Shown: positions 7,498 through 16,716, numbered from the stretch's first letter. The stretch: 64,000 nucleotides of DNA from Blastocatellia bacterium (GCA_003487805.1 DNNE01000065.1:56349-120348); one strand, 5' to 3'. Translations and numbers: made by a program. The notes: a model not told the origin generated them from the letters alone.

Positions 7498-10400
7498 ATG
7501 CAAAAACTTGCTGAAATTTGTGTGCGGCGGCCGGTGTTCGCCACGATGCTCATCCTGAGCATCACGGTCGTCGGTTTGTTCTCGTTTCGATCGCTCGGCG
7601 TGGATCTCTTTCCCAAGATCGATCTGCCGACGATCACGGTCACCGTGGTGAATCCGGGCGCATCGCCGCAGGAGATCGAGACTGAGATCACCGATAAAGT
7701 CGAAGGCGCCGTCAACACCATCAGCGGCATTGATGAGCTGCGCTCGACTTCGGTGGAAGGCGTCTCGCAGGTATTCATTAACTTCGTTCTGGAAAAAAAC
7801 GCCGACGTGGCCGCGGAAGAGGTTCGCAATAAGGTCGATCTAATCGTCAACGATCTGCCGGAAACTGCCGAAGTTCCGATTGTGCAGAAACTCGACACCG
7901 ACGCGACTCCCGTTTTGCGAATAGCGGTGTCGGCGCCGCGCAGTCTGCGCGAAGTTACTGACATTGCCGACAAACAAATCAAGCGGCTGATCGAGCCGCT
8001 CAATGGTGTCGGCAACGTCGAGATCGTAGGCGGCCGCCAGCGCGAGATTGAGATTTGGGTCGATCCCGACAAGATGCGCGCCTTCAATGTGTCAGCGGCG
8101 GATGTCGCGACTGCGGTGAAGTTGCAGAACATGGAATTACCCGGCGGCCGCGTCGAAGAAGGACAACGCGAACTCACCGTGCGCACGATGGGCCGCATTC
8201 CGGATCCCGCGCAATTCAATAATCTGGTTGTCGCCAACCGCGGAACTTATTCGGTGAAGCTGAGCGACATCGGTTACGTCGAAGACGGCGCCGAAGAGCA
8301 ACGCACTGAAGCGCGACTCAATGGTCAGCCCGCGGTGACGCTCGTGGTTTCGAAGCAGTCGGGCCAGAACACGGTGGCCGTCGCGGATGCGGTGAAAGAA
8401 CGGCTCGCGGAAATTCAACCGACGCTGCCCCCTGGGGTGAAGACCCAGTTGGTTGGCGACCAGACGATCTTTATCAAAGCCGCCCTGCACGCGATCAATC
8501 TGCACCTCGTCGAGGGTAGCATTCTCGCGGCCATCGTGGTTTTCGTGTTTCTCTGGAACTTCCGCGCGACGTTCATCGCGGCAATCGCGATTCCGACTTC
8601 GATCATCGCCACGTTCGGATTGATGGCGGCGATGGGTTTTACGCTCAACCAGATCACGATGCTCGCGTTGACTCTGATGGTCGGCATTGTGATTGACGAT
8701 GCGGTGGTGGTGCTGGAAAACATCTTTCGCTTCATCGAAGAAAAGGGCGTGCCGCCATTCCAGGCAGCCATCGAAGGCACGCGCGAAATCGGCATGGCGG
8801 TTACAGCGACGACGCTGTCACTGCTGGCTGTTTTTCTGCCGGTCGGCTTTATGGCGGGCATCGTCGGACGCTTCATGTCTTCGTTTGGATTTACCTCTTC
8901 GTTCGCAATAGCGGTTTCTTTGATCGTGTCGTTCACGCTGACGCCGATGCTGGCGGCGCGCATGATCAAAAGAAAGAAATCCGGTGTCAGTACCGGGAGC
9001 GGTAGCGACCGGGTAAAGGCGGCCCACTCGACGGAGCCTCGCACGTCACTCGCTGAATTCAAAGACAAGTACGATCAGGCAAGCTCGAAACAATCGCGAT
9101 TCTACCGACCCATCGATCGCACTTATACGTGGATGCTCAAGTGGTCAATGGGCCATCGCTGGGCCATCGTTTTATTGTCACTGCTGGTGATCATCAGTAC
9201 GGTGCCGCTGTTCATGTTAGTCGGCAAGAACTTCCTGCCGGTGGACGATCAGGCGCAGTTCGAAATCAACGTGCGCTTGCCCGAAGGATCAACCCTTGCT
9301 ACCACTTCAGCCCTGAGCGAGCGGATGGCGGCAGATATGCGCAAGCTGCCCGGCGTGACCGATACGCTCGTCACTATTGGTAGCGGGCAACAACAGATCG
9401 TCAACCTTGCGAATATTTATATCAAAATGTCCCCAGTCGAAGAGCGTTCCGTATCCCAATCGGATCTGATGCTGCGGGCACGTTCCGAAATTGTCGGAAA
9501 ATATTTGAAAGAAGTGCCGCAACTTCGGACCAGCGTCAATCCAGTGGCGGCGATTTCCGGAGGTGGGCAACGGAATGCGGACATTAACTTTGTGGTCAGC
9601 GGGCCTGACCTCGACAAGCTGACGAAATATTCTGCCAACCTTCTGGCGAAGTTGAAAACACTTCCCGATGTAGTTGACGTTGATTCCACCTTGATCACCG
9701 GAAAGCCTGAAGTGCGGGTGGTGATCGATCGCGCGCGGGCTGCCGATTTGGGAGTGCGCATTGGCGATGTGGCGCAGGCGCTGAACACGCTGGTTGCCGG
9801 ACAAAAAGTTTCGACCTTCAATGCCGGCACGGATCAATACAACGTACGCGTGCGAGCCGTCGGCGAGTTTCGCGCGAGCGCCGAAGGTCTGAAGCGAATG
9901 CTGGTCGCTTCGCAGAAACTCGGATGGGTGAGTTTGGATAATCTGGTGCGCACCGAAGAAGGCGTTGGCCCATCTTCGATTGATCGATACAACCGGCAGC
10001 GGCAAGTGATGCTGGTCGCGAATACAAAACCCGGCGGTTCGCAGACGGCGGTAATGTCCAAGCTGACCGAATTTGCCAAAGCTGAAAACATGGATAGCTC
10101 TTATCGAACCTTCCTGGCCGGCCGCACGCGGGAACTTGCCCGCACGGGCCAGTATTTTCTGCTGGCGATCGTCCTGTCATTCGTCTTCATGTACATGGTC
10201 CTGGCGGCGCAGTTCGAATCGTTCATTCACCCGATCACAATCCTGCTGACGTTGCCGCTGGCGATTCCGTTTGGAATTGTTTCTTTACTGGTGACAGGTC
10301 AAACGGTGAATATTTTTTCGGGACTTGGCTTGTTGCTTTTGTTCGGCGTGGTGAAGAAGAACGCGATCCTTCAGATCGATCACACGAACGGCTTGCGCAA

Positions 10401-12489
10401 GCATGGCATGGAGCGACACGACGCCATTATTCAAGCCAACCGCGATCGTCTCCGTCCAATTTTGATGACGACCGTTGCCCTGGTTGCCGGCATGATGCCG
10501 TTGACGTTATCGAGCGGTCCCGGCGCCGGCACGAACCGATCGATTGGGGTGCTGGTAGTCGGCGGTCAGTCGCTTTGTTTGCTGCTGACATTGTTGGCGG
10601 TGCCGGTTTTCTATTCTCTTTTCGACGATCTGAGTCGTAGTCGCATCTGGTCACGCATAGGCACGCTGATAGGCGGAATGTTCGGCCGCGCGCGACGCCG
10701 GGTGGCCACCGCGGCAGCATCACTGTTGGGATCCAGTTTCAGGATTCTTCTTATTGCGGCAGGTATTCTTCTTTTGATTTCTCATTCGACCCGGGCCCAA
10801 TCTCCGGCGGTTTCACCAACCCCGGCTGTTTCCGCTCCACAATCGTTGCAGGTCCCGTCCGTTTCTGTCGATTACCGTGCGGAAACTAAATCGCCAATGC
10901 CTTCACTGACGCGCGTCGGCGTGGACACGAACGACCAGCAGCCTATGTCGCTCCGCGAGGCGATCGCGATGGCGCTGCAAAACAATAAGGACATTGAGAT
11001 CGCGCGCGACAACGTGAAGATCGCAGAATTCGATCTGCTGACAGTTCATGGCGCTTACGATCCGAAACTGACGGCGCAAAACTACTTCGAAAAAATTAAT
11101 TCGCCGGCGACCAGTTTCCTCAGCGGCGCCTCGCGAGTTGAGACTTCGGACATTACCGCGACCGGAAGGCTGGAAGGTCTGACGCCAAAAGGCGGCGGAA
11201 ATTACCGCGTCGATTTCACTTCGATACGACAGACGAGCAACAGCCAGTTCTCAACCTTCAATCCGCAGTATCCGACCGCGCTCACGTTCACCTACACGCA
11301 ACCGCTCGCGCGTGGGCTGCGATTTGATTCGCCGCGACGGCAGATCGAGGTCGCAAAGAAAAATCTTTCGTTGACCGATGCGCAATTCCGCCAGCGCGCG
11401 ATCGAAGTGATCACAAACGTGCAGCGCAGCTACTGGGATTTGGTTTTCGCGCTGCGCAATTTACAAGTCCAGCGCGACTCGCTGACGGATGCGCGCTCAC
11501 AACTCGAGCACAATCGCCGCATGGTCGCGGAGGGATCGCTGGCGCCGATTGATGTGGTGGCGGCGGAAAATCAGGTGGCGAATTTTGAACAAGCCGAGTT
11601 CATTGCCCTCGAAGATGTGAACCGCACTGAGAACAATCTGAAGAACATGATCGCCGAGAATCAGAAATCAAAGTTGTGGGGCACTGCATTGATTCCGACT
11701 GATCAAGTCGATCTCACGCTGCCAAACGTCTCGCTTACGGATGCGATGGCGGGAGCGATGCAAAACCGCCAAGAGCTGCGGCAATCTGACTTAGCGCGCG
11801 AGATCAACTTGTTGGATCAAAAACTCTATCGTGACCAGACAAAGCCCGAGATCGATCTCGTGGGCAGTTATGGAGTAACGGGCAATGCCGGCACGCAAGT
11901 GACTACGACGAACCCGCTGTCGGCCAGCAATGATCAACTGCGCGCGCGAGTGAATGACCTGTCAGCCTTGTCAGGTCTGCAGCCTTTGCCTGCTCCGCCG
12001 ACAGTAGCGATCCTGCCAGATCTCTTTGGCGGATATTTTCAATCGCTGTCAAACCTTGGTTCGAATCAGTTCAATAATTTCCGGGTCGGAGTTTCAGTCA
12101 GTCTGCCACTTCACAATCGCACCGCCGAAGGGCAACTGGGCCATGCGCTGGTTGCCGGAAAACAGATTGCGACGCAGCGCCAGCAGCTTGAGCAGTTGAT
12201 CCAGGTCGAAGTCCGCAATGCGCTGCAAACGATGAGCACTGCTGAAGCTCGCCTGCGCGCGGCCGCGGTTGCTCGCTCAACCGCCGAGCAGCAATATGAG
12301 AGTGAGAAGCGCAAACTCGATGCGGGCCAATCGACTGTATTTCTGGTGCTGGAAAGGCAGACCGCGCTGGCTACCGCGAAGGGAAATGAACTGCGTGCGC
12401 AAACTGATGTGAATAAGGCAATCGCTGAACTGCAGCGCGCGACGGGAAATTCACTTAGCGCCAATAATGTTTCGGTGACGGTTCGCTAA
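7498..12489 (+). CDS. RND (AcrB-like) efflux permease continuing in frame into a TolC-like outer membrane factor
   Basis: 1663-aa uninterrupted ORF. The first ~1060 aa are AcrB-like (MQKLAEICVRRPVFATMLIL..., multi-TM pattern, ...AVPVFYSLFDDL). The last ~550 aa are TolC/OEP-like (LREAIAMALQNNKDIEIARDNVKIAEFDLL..., VQRSYWDLVFALRNLQVQRDSL...). The junction MFGRARRRVATAAASLLGSSFRILLIAAGILLLISHSTRA-QS (ATG at 10678) looks like a Sec signal peptide. Confidence 0.85.
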   Translation: MQKLAEICVRRPVFATMLILSITVVGLFSFRSLGVDLFPKIDLPTITVTVVNPGASPQEIETEITDKVEGAVNTISGIDELRSTSVEGVSQVFINFVLEKNADVAAEEVRNKVDLIVNDLPETAEVPIVQKLDTDATPVLRIAVSAPRSLREVTDIADKQIKRLIEPLNGVGNVEIVGGRQREIEIWVDPDKMRAFNVSAADVATAVKLQNMELPGGRVEEGQRELTVRTMGRIPDPAQFNNLVVANRGTYSVKLSDIGYVEDGAEEQRTEARLNGQPAVTLVVSKQSGQNTVAVADAVKERLAEIQPTLPPGVKTQLVGDQTIFIKAALHAINLHLVEGSILAAIVVFVFLWNFRATFIAAIAIPTSIIATFGLMAAMGFTLNQITMLALTLMVGIVIDDAVVVLENIFRFIEEKGVPPFQAAIEGTREIGMAVTATTLSLLAVFLPVGFMAGIVGRFMSSFGFTSSFAIAVSLIVSFTLTPMLAARMIKRKKSGVSTGSGSDRVKAAHSTEPRTSLAEFKDKYDQASSKQSRFYRPIDRTYTWMLKWSMGHRWAIVLLSLLVIISTVPLFMLVGKNFLPVDDQAQFEINVRLPEGSTLATTSALSERMAADMRKLPGVTDTLVTIGSGQQQIVNLANIYIKMSPVEERSVSQSDLMLRARSEIVGKYLKEVPQLRTSVNPVAAISGGGQRNADINFVVSGPDLDKLTKYSANLLAKLKTLPDVVDVDSTLITGKPEVRVVIDRARAADLGVRIGDVAQALNTLVAGQKVSTFNAGTDQYNVRVRAVGEFRASAEGLKRMLVASQKLGWVSLDNLVRTEEGVGPSSIDRYNRQRQVMLVANTKPGGSQTAVMSKLTEFAKAENMDSSYRTFLAGRTRELARTGQYFLLAIVLSFVFMYMVLAAQFESFIHPITILLTLPLAIPFGIVSLLVTGQTVNIFSGLGLLLLFGVVKKNAILQIDHTNGLRKHGMERHDAIIQANRDRLRPILMTTVALVAGMMPLTLSSGPGAGTNRSIGVLVVGGQSLCLLLTLLAVPVFYSLFDDLSRSRIWSRIGTLIGGMFGRARRRVATAAASLLGSSFRILLIAAGILLLISHSTRAQSPAVSPTPAVSAPQSLQVPSVSVDYRAETKSPMPSLTRVGVDTNDQQPMSLREAIAMALQNNKDIEIARDNVKIAEFDLLTVHGAYDPKLTAQNYFEKINSPATSFLSGASRVETSDITATGRLEGLTPKGGGNYRVDFTSIRQTSNSQFSTFNPQYPTALTFTYTQPLARGLRFDSPRRQIEVAKKNLSLTDAQFRQRAIEVITNVQRSYWDLVFALRNLQVQRDSLTDARSQLEHNRRMVAEGSLAPIDVVAAENQVANFEQAEFIALEDVNRTENNLKNMIAENQKSKLWGTALIPTDQVDLTLPNVSLTDAMAGAMQNRQELRQSDLAREINLLDQKLYRDQTKPEIDLVGSYGVTGNAGTQVTTTNPLSASNDQLRARVNDLSALSGLQPLPAPPTVAILPDLFGGYFQSLSNLGSNQFNNFRVGVSVSLPLHNRTAEGQLGHALVAGKQIATQRQQLEQLIQVEVRNALQTMSTAEARLRAAAVARSTAEQQYESEKRKLDAGQSTVFLVLERQTALATAKGNELRAQTDVNKAIAELQRATGNSLSANNVSVTVR

Positions 12490-12730
12490 GATGTTCAGCG
12501 CCACTTTGCAGTGATAATCAAGACAGCCGATCGGCCGATTTTTGTCTAATCCCTCGCCCCTGTGTATTTATTGCTAACTCCGAATAGGCCTAACGTTTCA
12601 GCCACTTACCGGCAAACTGCAACATGGTTGCATTTGAACTTGGTGAGGATTATGCTACGCGAGCTTTTCTGAGCGCCCTGTTTTAGTTCCACGGAATAAG
12701 GGCGGCTAGGGGCAAACACACAAATAACGT

Positions 12731-12749
12731 GTTGCCAAAAAATGGCAAC
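12731..12749 (-). terminator. candidate hairpin terminator of the small peptide gene
   Basis: GTTGCCA-AAAAA-TGGCAAC, 28 nt downstream of the stop on the minus strand, followed there by the T-containing tail ACGTTATTTGTGTGTTT. Confidence 0.4.
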
Positions 12750-12776
12750 CTGGTCTCTGAATCTGAAGTAGGACGC

Positions 12777-13037
12777 CTAGAACAGCGACAGCACGGTTTG
12801 CAGCAGTTCCACCGTGACGGTGGTGACGGATAGATCGTCGCTGGTTACCGTCACAGTCGCTTGAGTCTGGGGTGCGGCGTCATCAGAAACGCTCTGAGTC
12901 ACTGAACACGGCGGTGAAGGAATCTCACCGGGATCAGGCGGCGCACAGGGCGGCGATGGGATCTCGCCCGCAAGAGCTGAAAGGCCGATCGTCAGAGTCA
13001 AGGCAATCGCGACACACAAACGTTTTAGGTTTTTCAT
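12777..13037 (-). CDS. small secreted protein (86 aa) with duplicated GEIPSPPC motif
   Basis: Strong SD (AAGGAG, 5-nt spacer) before the ATG. Sec-type signal MKNLKRLCVAIALTLTIGLSALA. The mature part is GEIPSPPC-APPDP-GEIPSPPC, then a Ser/Thr/Val-rich stretch and the hydrophobic C-terminus ELLQTVLSLF. Confidence 0.7.
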   Translation of the reverse strand: MKNLKRLCVAIALTLTIGLSALAGEIPSPPCAPPDPGEIPSPPCSVTQSVSDDAAPQTQATVTVTSDDLSVTTVTVELLQTVLSLF

Positions 13038-13192
13038 GCTGTCTCCTTAGGTTGGGTTAAATGTGCGAGCTTTTCTAAACGAACAAGCCGAAGTGTTGTT
13101 CAGAACGGATGTTCGGCGGTTGCGCCGTTACAACCTGGGTAGCACTCCGGTAGGCAAGAATCTTATCACTGTTATGGAAAGGCCAACCTCAC

Positions 13193-15106
13193 ATGAAGTT
13201 GAAGACGGAATTATTGGCACTTAAGAGTCAAGGCAGCCATCTTACATTTGCCAAGCGGGCTGAGCTTTCCTGTTCCCTCGCAAAACAATTCGAGAAAACG
13301 GGCGACTACGACAGTGCCTACGAAGCTCTAAGTGAATTCTGGCCGGAGCGTGACAAGTCGCCAAACGTCGAAGGTCTTGAGGCGCTATCAAAAGCTGACA
13401 TTCTGCTTCGTGCTGGCGCGTTGGCCGGATGGCGGGGCGGTGCTGAAGCGGAAGGCGATCAGGAAATCGCAAAGGACCTCATAACTCGGAGTCTGACAAT
13501 CTATGAGGTACTCGGCGCAACGGATCGACAAGCGGAAGCGCACGGTGAACTCGGTTTGTGCTATTGGCGTGAGGGCGGATATGACGAAGCCCGTGCTCAA
13601 CTTAGGACGGCGCTACAGCGGTCGCCAGATGGCAATGATGAGTTAAGAGCAATCCTGCTAGTTCGAGCGGCAATCGTCGAAGGAGATTCGCTTCGATTCG
13701 ATGACGCATTGCGCTTGTACAACGAAGTGTTGCCGCTCATTGAGAGGACTCAAGACCACGCGCTGCAAGGAAGCTTTCACGTAAATTATGGACTTCTTCT
13801 GAGGCGCCTCGCAACGCGCGAAGATAGAGAACAATACATTGATCGCGCGCTGATTGAATATGCCGCTGCAAGTTTTCACTTCGAGCAAGCGGGGAACACA
13901 CGCGCCTTAGCTCGCGTCGAAGCAAATCTAGGTTATCTGTTTTTTACAATTGCTCGTTACGCGGATGCTCATACTCACCTCGACTGCGCGCACTTTCTTT
14001 TTCTTGATCTGAAGGATGTAGGAAATGCCGCGAAGGTCAATGACACGCGAGCAAGGACCTTGCTCGCGCAGGGTCACAAGGCCGAAGCTGAGCGAATCGC
14101 CCGCTCCGCTGTCAGAACGCTTCAAAAGGGTGGTGAGCAGGCGAATCTTGCCGAAGCGCTTATTACTCATGGTCTAACGCTGGCACGTCTCGGGAATCAC
14201 GATCGAGCGAGAGCGCTTTTGGAACACAGTATCGAAATCGCAGAGGTCGCCGGTGCACGTGAAGAGGCTGGCCGCGCCCGGCTGACAATCATCGAGGAGC
14301 TTGGCAGCAAAATCTCCACGAGAGAGCTGGCGTCGATATATCGATCTGCCATCGACCTATTGAAGGGGACGCAGGACCCAGCGACGGGTAACCGATTGAT
14401 TTCCTGTGCTGAGAAGCTGCTCGACGTGGTAGAGCGATTAGAGCCTCAGGCCAATTTGCCGGAAGGGAACTGGCAAGGCTTCTCGTTCAAGAAACATGTG
14501 CGGGAAAGTGAAAGAACCGTGCTTGAGCGAGCGTTACGCGATGCTGGTGGTTCGGTAACTAAAGCTGCTCATTTTCTTGGCTTCAAACATCATCAGAGTT
14601 TGATTTCCATCCTTAGCACTCGCCATCAGGATCTCTTAAACGCTAGATCGACCATACGCAAACGGCGGAAGCATCTGTCTAAACCGAAACCGAGAAAGCA
14701 TGCAGTAAAAAGAAGAACGCAGGTACGCACAAGCGATGTGTCCATTCTGTACGTTGAGGATCACCCAATGGTTGCCAAGGTCGTGGGCGGAATGCTTCAC
14801 GCCGCGAATTACCGCGTCGAACATTGTACGGACGGTAAGGACGCGCTTGCCAAGCTTACGGGAGACGATCATTACGACGTGCTCGTTATTGATAATGAGC
14901 TGCCGGGTCTAAACGGCTTAGAACTGGTGCGCACAACGCGGAAGATGACGCATCGTCGTCGTATTCCAATCGTCATGCTCTCGGGAGATGACATTGAAAA
15001 AGAGGCTTGGAGTGCCGGTGCTGATGAATTTCTGCGAAAGCCTGAAGGAGTCGAACGCATTGCCGCTACTGTCGAGAGAGTCTTGGTAGCAAACGACGAC
15101 ACCTGA
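13193..15106 (+). CDS. TPR-repeat / Fis-type HTH / C-terminal receiver (REC) domain regulator
   Basis: 637 aa. Residues ~1-430 are TPR-like helical repeats. VLERALRDAGGSVTKAAHFLGFKHHQSLISIL is a Fis/NtrC-type HTH_8. Then comes a basic linker and a REC domain (ILYVEDHP...VLVIDNELPGLNGLELV...PIVMLSG...FLRKP). Confidence 0.8.
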   Translation: MKLKTELLALKSQGSHLTFAKRAELSCSLAKQFEKTGDYDSAYEALSEFWPERDKSPNVEGLEALSKADILLRAGALAGWRGGAEAEGDQEIAKDLITRSLTIYEVLGATDRQAEAHGELGLCYWREGGYDEARAQLRTALQRSPDGNDELRAILLVRAAIVEGDSLRFDDALRLYNEVLPLIERTQDHALQGSFHVNYGLLLRRLATREDREQYIDRALIEYAAASFHFEQAGNTRALARVEANLGYLFFTIARYADAHTHLDCAHFLFLDLKDVGNAAKVNDTRARTLLAQGHKAEAERIARSAVRTLQKGGEQANLAEALITHGLTLARLGNHDRARALLEHSIEIAEVAGAREEAGRARLTIIEELGSKISTRELASIYRSAIDLLKGTQDPATGNRLISCAEKLLDVVERLEPQANLPEGNWQGFSFKKHVRESERTVLERALRDAGGSVTKAAHFLGFKHHQSLISILSTRHQDLLNARSTIRKRRKHLSKPKPRKHAVKRRTQVRTSDVSILYVEDHPMVAKVVGGMLHAANYRVEHCTDGKDALAKLTGDDHYDVLVIDNELPGLNGLELVRTTRKMTHRRRIPIVMLSGDDIEKEAWSAGADEFLRKPEGVERIAATVERVLVANDDT

Positions 15107-15152
15107 GACGTGTTTCCAGAATTAGGTTTGATTTCCCTAAAGGAGTTCTCCT

Positions 15153-15533
15153 ATGAGACGTACTCACCGTCTATCAGGTAGGTCCGGTCGCTGGACAGGT
15201 CTCTGCGTCTGTATCGCCTCAATCCTTTCAAGCGCGATCATATCTGCTTCTGGCAAGTCGGGTTTCCCTCAAAGTAATGCATTGGCAAACCATTCCACGT
15301 TTGATTTCCTCCGGCATCTAACTCTCCACTCCGAAACCTACGGACCTTCTCCTGCTGAATCGAATAGTGCCACGCGAGGCCGTCGGGGTACTTCTCGCTT
15401 CGGCGGGGGCGTTCGAACTGAAACGGCTGAACTATTTGTTCCCCCGATGCCGCAGTCCGGCTCATCAAAGATTGTATTCGCCAGTAATCGTGACGGCTCG
15501 ATGCAGATTTATGTAATGAATGTTGATGTCTAA
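15153..15533 (+). CDS. signal peptide + first PD40 (TolB-like beta-propeller) repeat; 5' part of a frameshifted gene
   Basis: Ends ...KIVFASNRDGSMQIYVMNVDV*, i.e. in the middle of the PD40 consensus (..SNRDG...IYVMN.DGS). The continuation is in the +1 frame (next feature). Confidence 0.5.
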   Translation: MRRTHRLSGRSGRWTGLCVCIASILSSAIISASGKSGFPQSNALANHSTFDFLRHLTLHSETYGPSPAESNSATRGRRGTSRFGGGVRTETAELFVPPMPQSGSSKIVFASNRDGSMQIYVMNVDV

Positions 15534-16716
15534 ATCATTCACAATTAATTCCACCTTGCCAAGATTGACGCATGTCACAAAACATCAGGGCAGCGATCAA
15601 ATTAGTGCGCCTCGTGCCTGCGGAGACACGTTCAGGGATATCTTTTGGCTCTTCAGGCTGGGGTGTCCTTTGACCCCATCCCAAGTCGGAATATCGTTCG
15701 ATGCTCGCGTTGAAACTGACCCATTCATTTCAGACGGTAGCCAAAGCGGAATTAAGTTTGTACAGGCTGTGAGTATGTTTCGGAAGCAAATGTCACAGGG
15801 TATGCAATGCTTCACCCGTCGAACGGACGAGTCGAACGTCGCCTCCGGATGGCAGCTTGATACTGAAAAAACTTACGGAGACATTTCGTGGAGTTTTGGT
15901 AGTGTCCTGGGCTTATCATTTGACGTGGGAACAGACGATAACCCAAGCCATGCGGTAACGCAGTTTAGTGATTGGCAGTTCAATGATGCGGCGTACGTGG
16001 ATGATAGGTTTGAAATGTACATCGTCTATTTCACGGGTAACGCTGATAATCCAACACGACAGAGGGCGCTGGGAAGATATAGATGGAATTGGGGTGGTTT
16101 GGCGGTATTTGATTGGAACGGTACGAACGCAGCACATACTGTTCACTCATCTAATCCGGGTGTGCCTGTGTTCGATTTCACGGATGCAATGGTGACGATG
16201 AACGGAAATGTGGACGACAGCAAGATAATACCGGTTCAGTGTCCCGGCGGTCCGCCGCTTTCAAGCAGTCGGATAGACAGCTCTAGAGAATTCGTGAAAT
16301 ATCATTATATTGACTTTCTTGGACGTGATCCTAATGGCGAGTCGGCTCGAAGTATTCCGCCTGATCTTACCGGCTGGAATTATTGGACGAGTAATATTTC
16401 ACAATGCGTTTTTGATCTCAATTGTGTTCACCTGCAGAGGGTGAATACCGGGCTGGCTTTCTTTTATTCATCGGAATTCATAAACAGCGATCCGATTATG
16501 GCCAATCCGCCTGGCAGTCCAGGCTTTGATGCGCCGACATACAACCGTCAATTTGTGTACTACTGCTACATTCATTATCTCGGTAGAGATCCCCATTTTG
16601 ATATGGACGGATGGGATTTCTGGACCAATGATCTGAACGTCAATGGAGATTATTTCCACATGATTGATGCATTCCAACTCTCCAATGAATATCGTAATGA
16701 GCGAACCTTCCATTAG
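15520..16716 (+). CDS. DUF4214-containing secreted protein; 3' part of the frameshifted gene
   Basis: From 15529 the frame reads SKSFTINSTLPRLTHVTKHQGSDQISAP, continuing the PD40 pattern. The C-terminal half carries two DUF4214-like motifs (YIDFLGRDPNGES...WNYW; YIHYLGRDPHFDMDGWDFW). Confidence 0.6.
   Translation: MLMSKSFTINSTLPRLTHVTKHQGSDQISAPRACGDTFRDIFWLFRLGCPLTPSQVGISFDARVETDPFISDGSQSGIKFVQAVSMFRKQMSQGMQCFTRRTDESNVASGWQLDTEKTYGDISWSFGSVLGLSFDVGTDDNPSHAVTQFSDWQFNDAAYVDDRFEMYIVYFTGNADNPTRQRALGRYRWNWGGLAVFDWNGTNAAHTVHSSNPGVPVFDFTDAMVTMNGNVDDSKIIPVQCPGGPPLSSSRIDSSREFVKYHYIDFLGRDPNGESARSIPPDLTGWNYWTSNISQCVFDLNCVHLQRVNTGLAFFYSSEFINSDPIMANPPGSPGFDAPTYNRQFVYYCYIHYLGRDPHFDMDGWDFWTNDLNVNGDYFHMIDAFQLSNEYRNERTFH

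Noticed and set aside
12058-12067. tRNA T-loop-like GGTTCGAATC.
   Set aside because: It lies inside the TolC-like coding region, and no acceptor, D or anticodon arms can be drawn around it. No tRNA was found anywhere in the window.
10678-12489. Annotating the TolC-like part as an independent CDS only.
   Set aside because: Not adopted as the primary call, because the upstream frame is continuous and the RBS before ATG 10678 is weak. It is kept as an alternative under the fusion finding.
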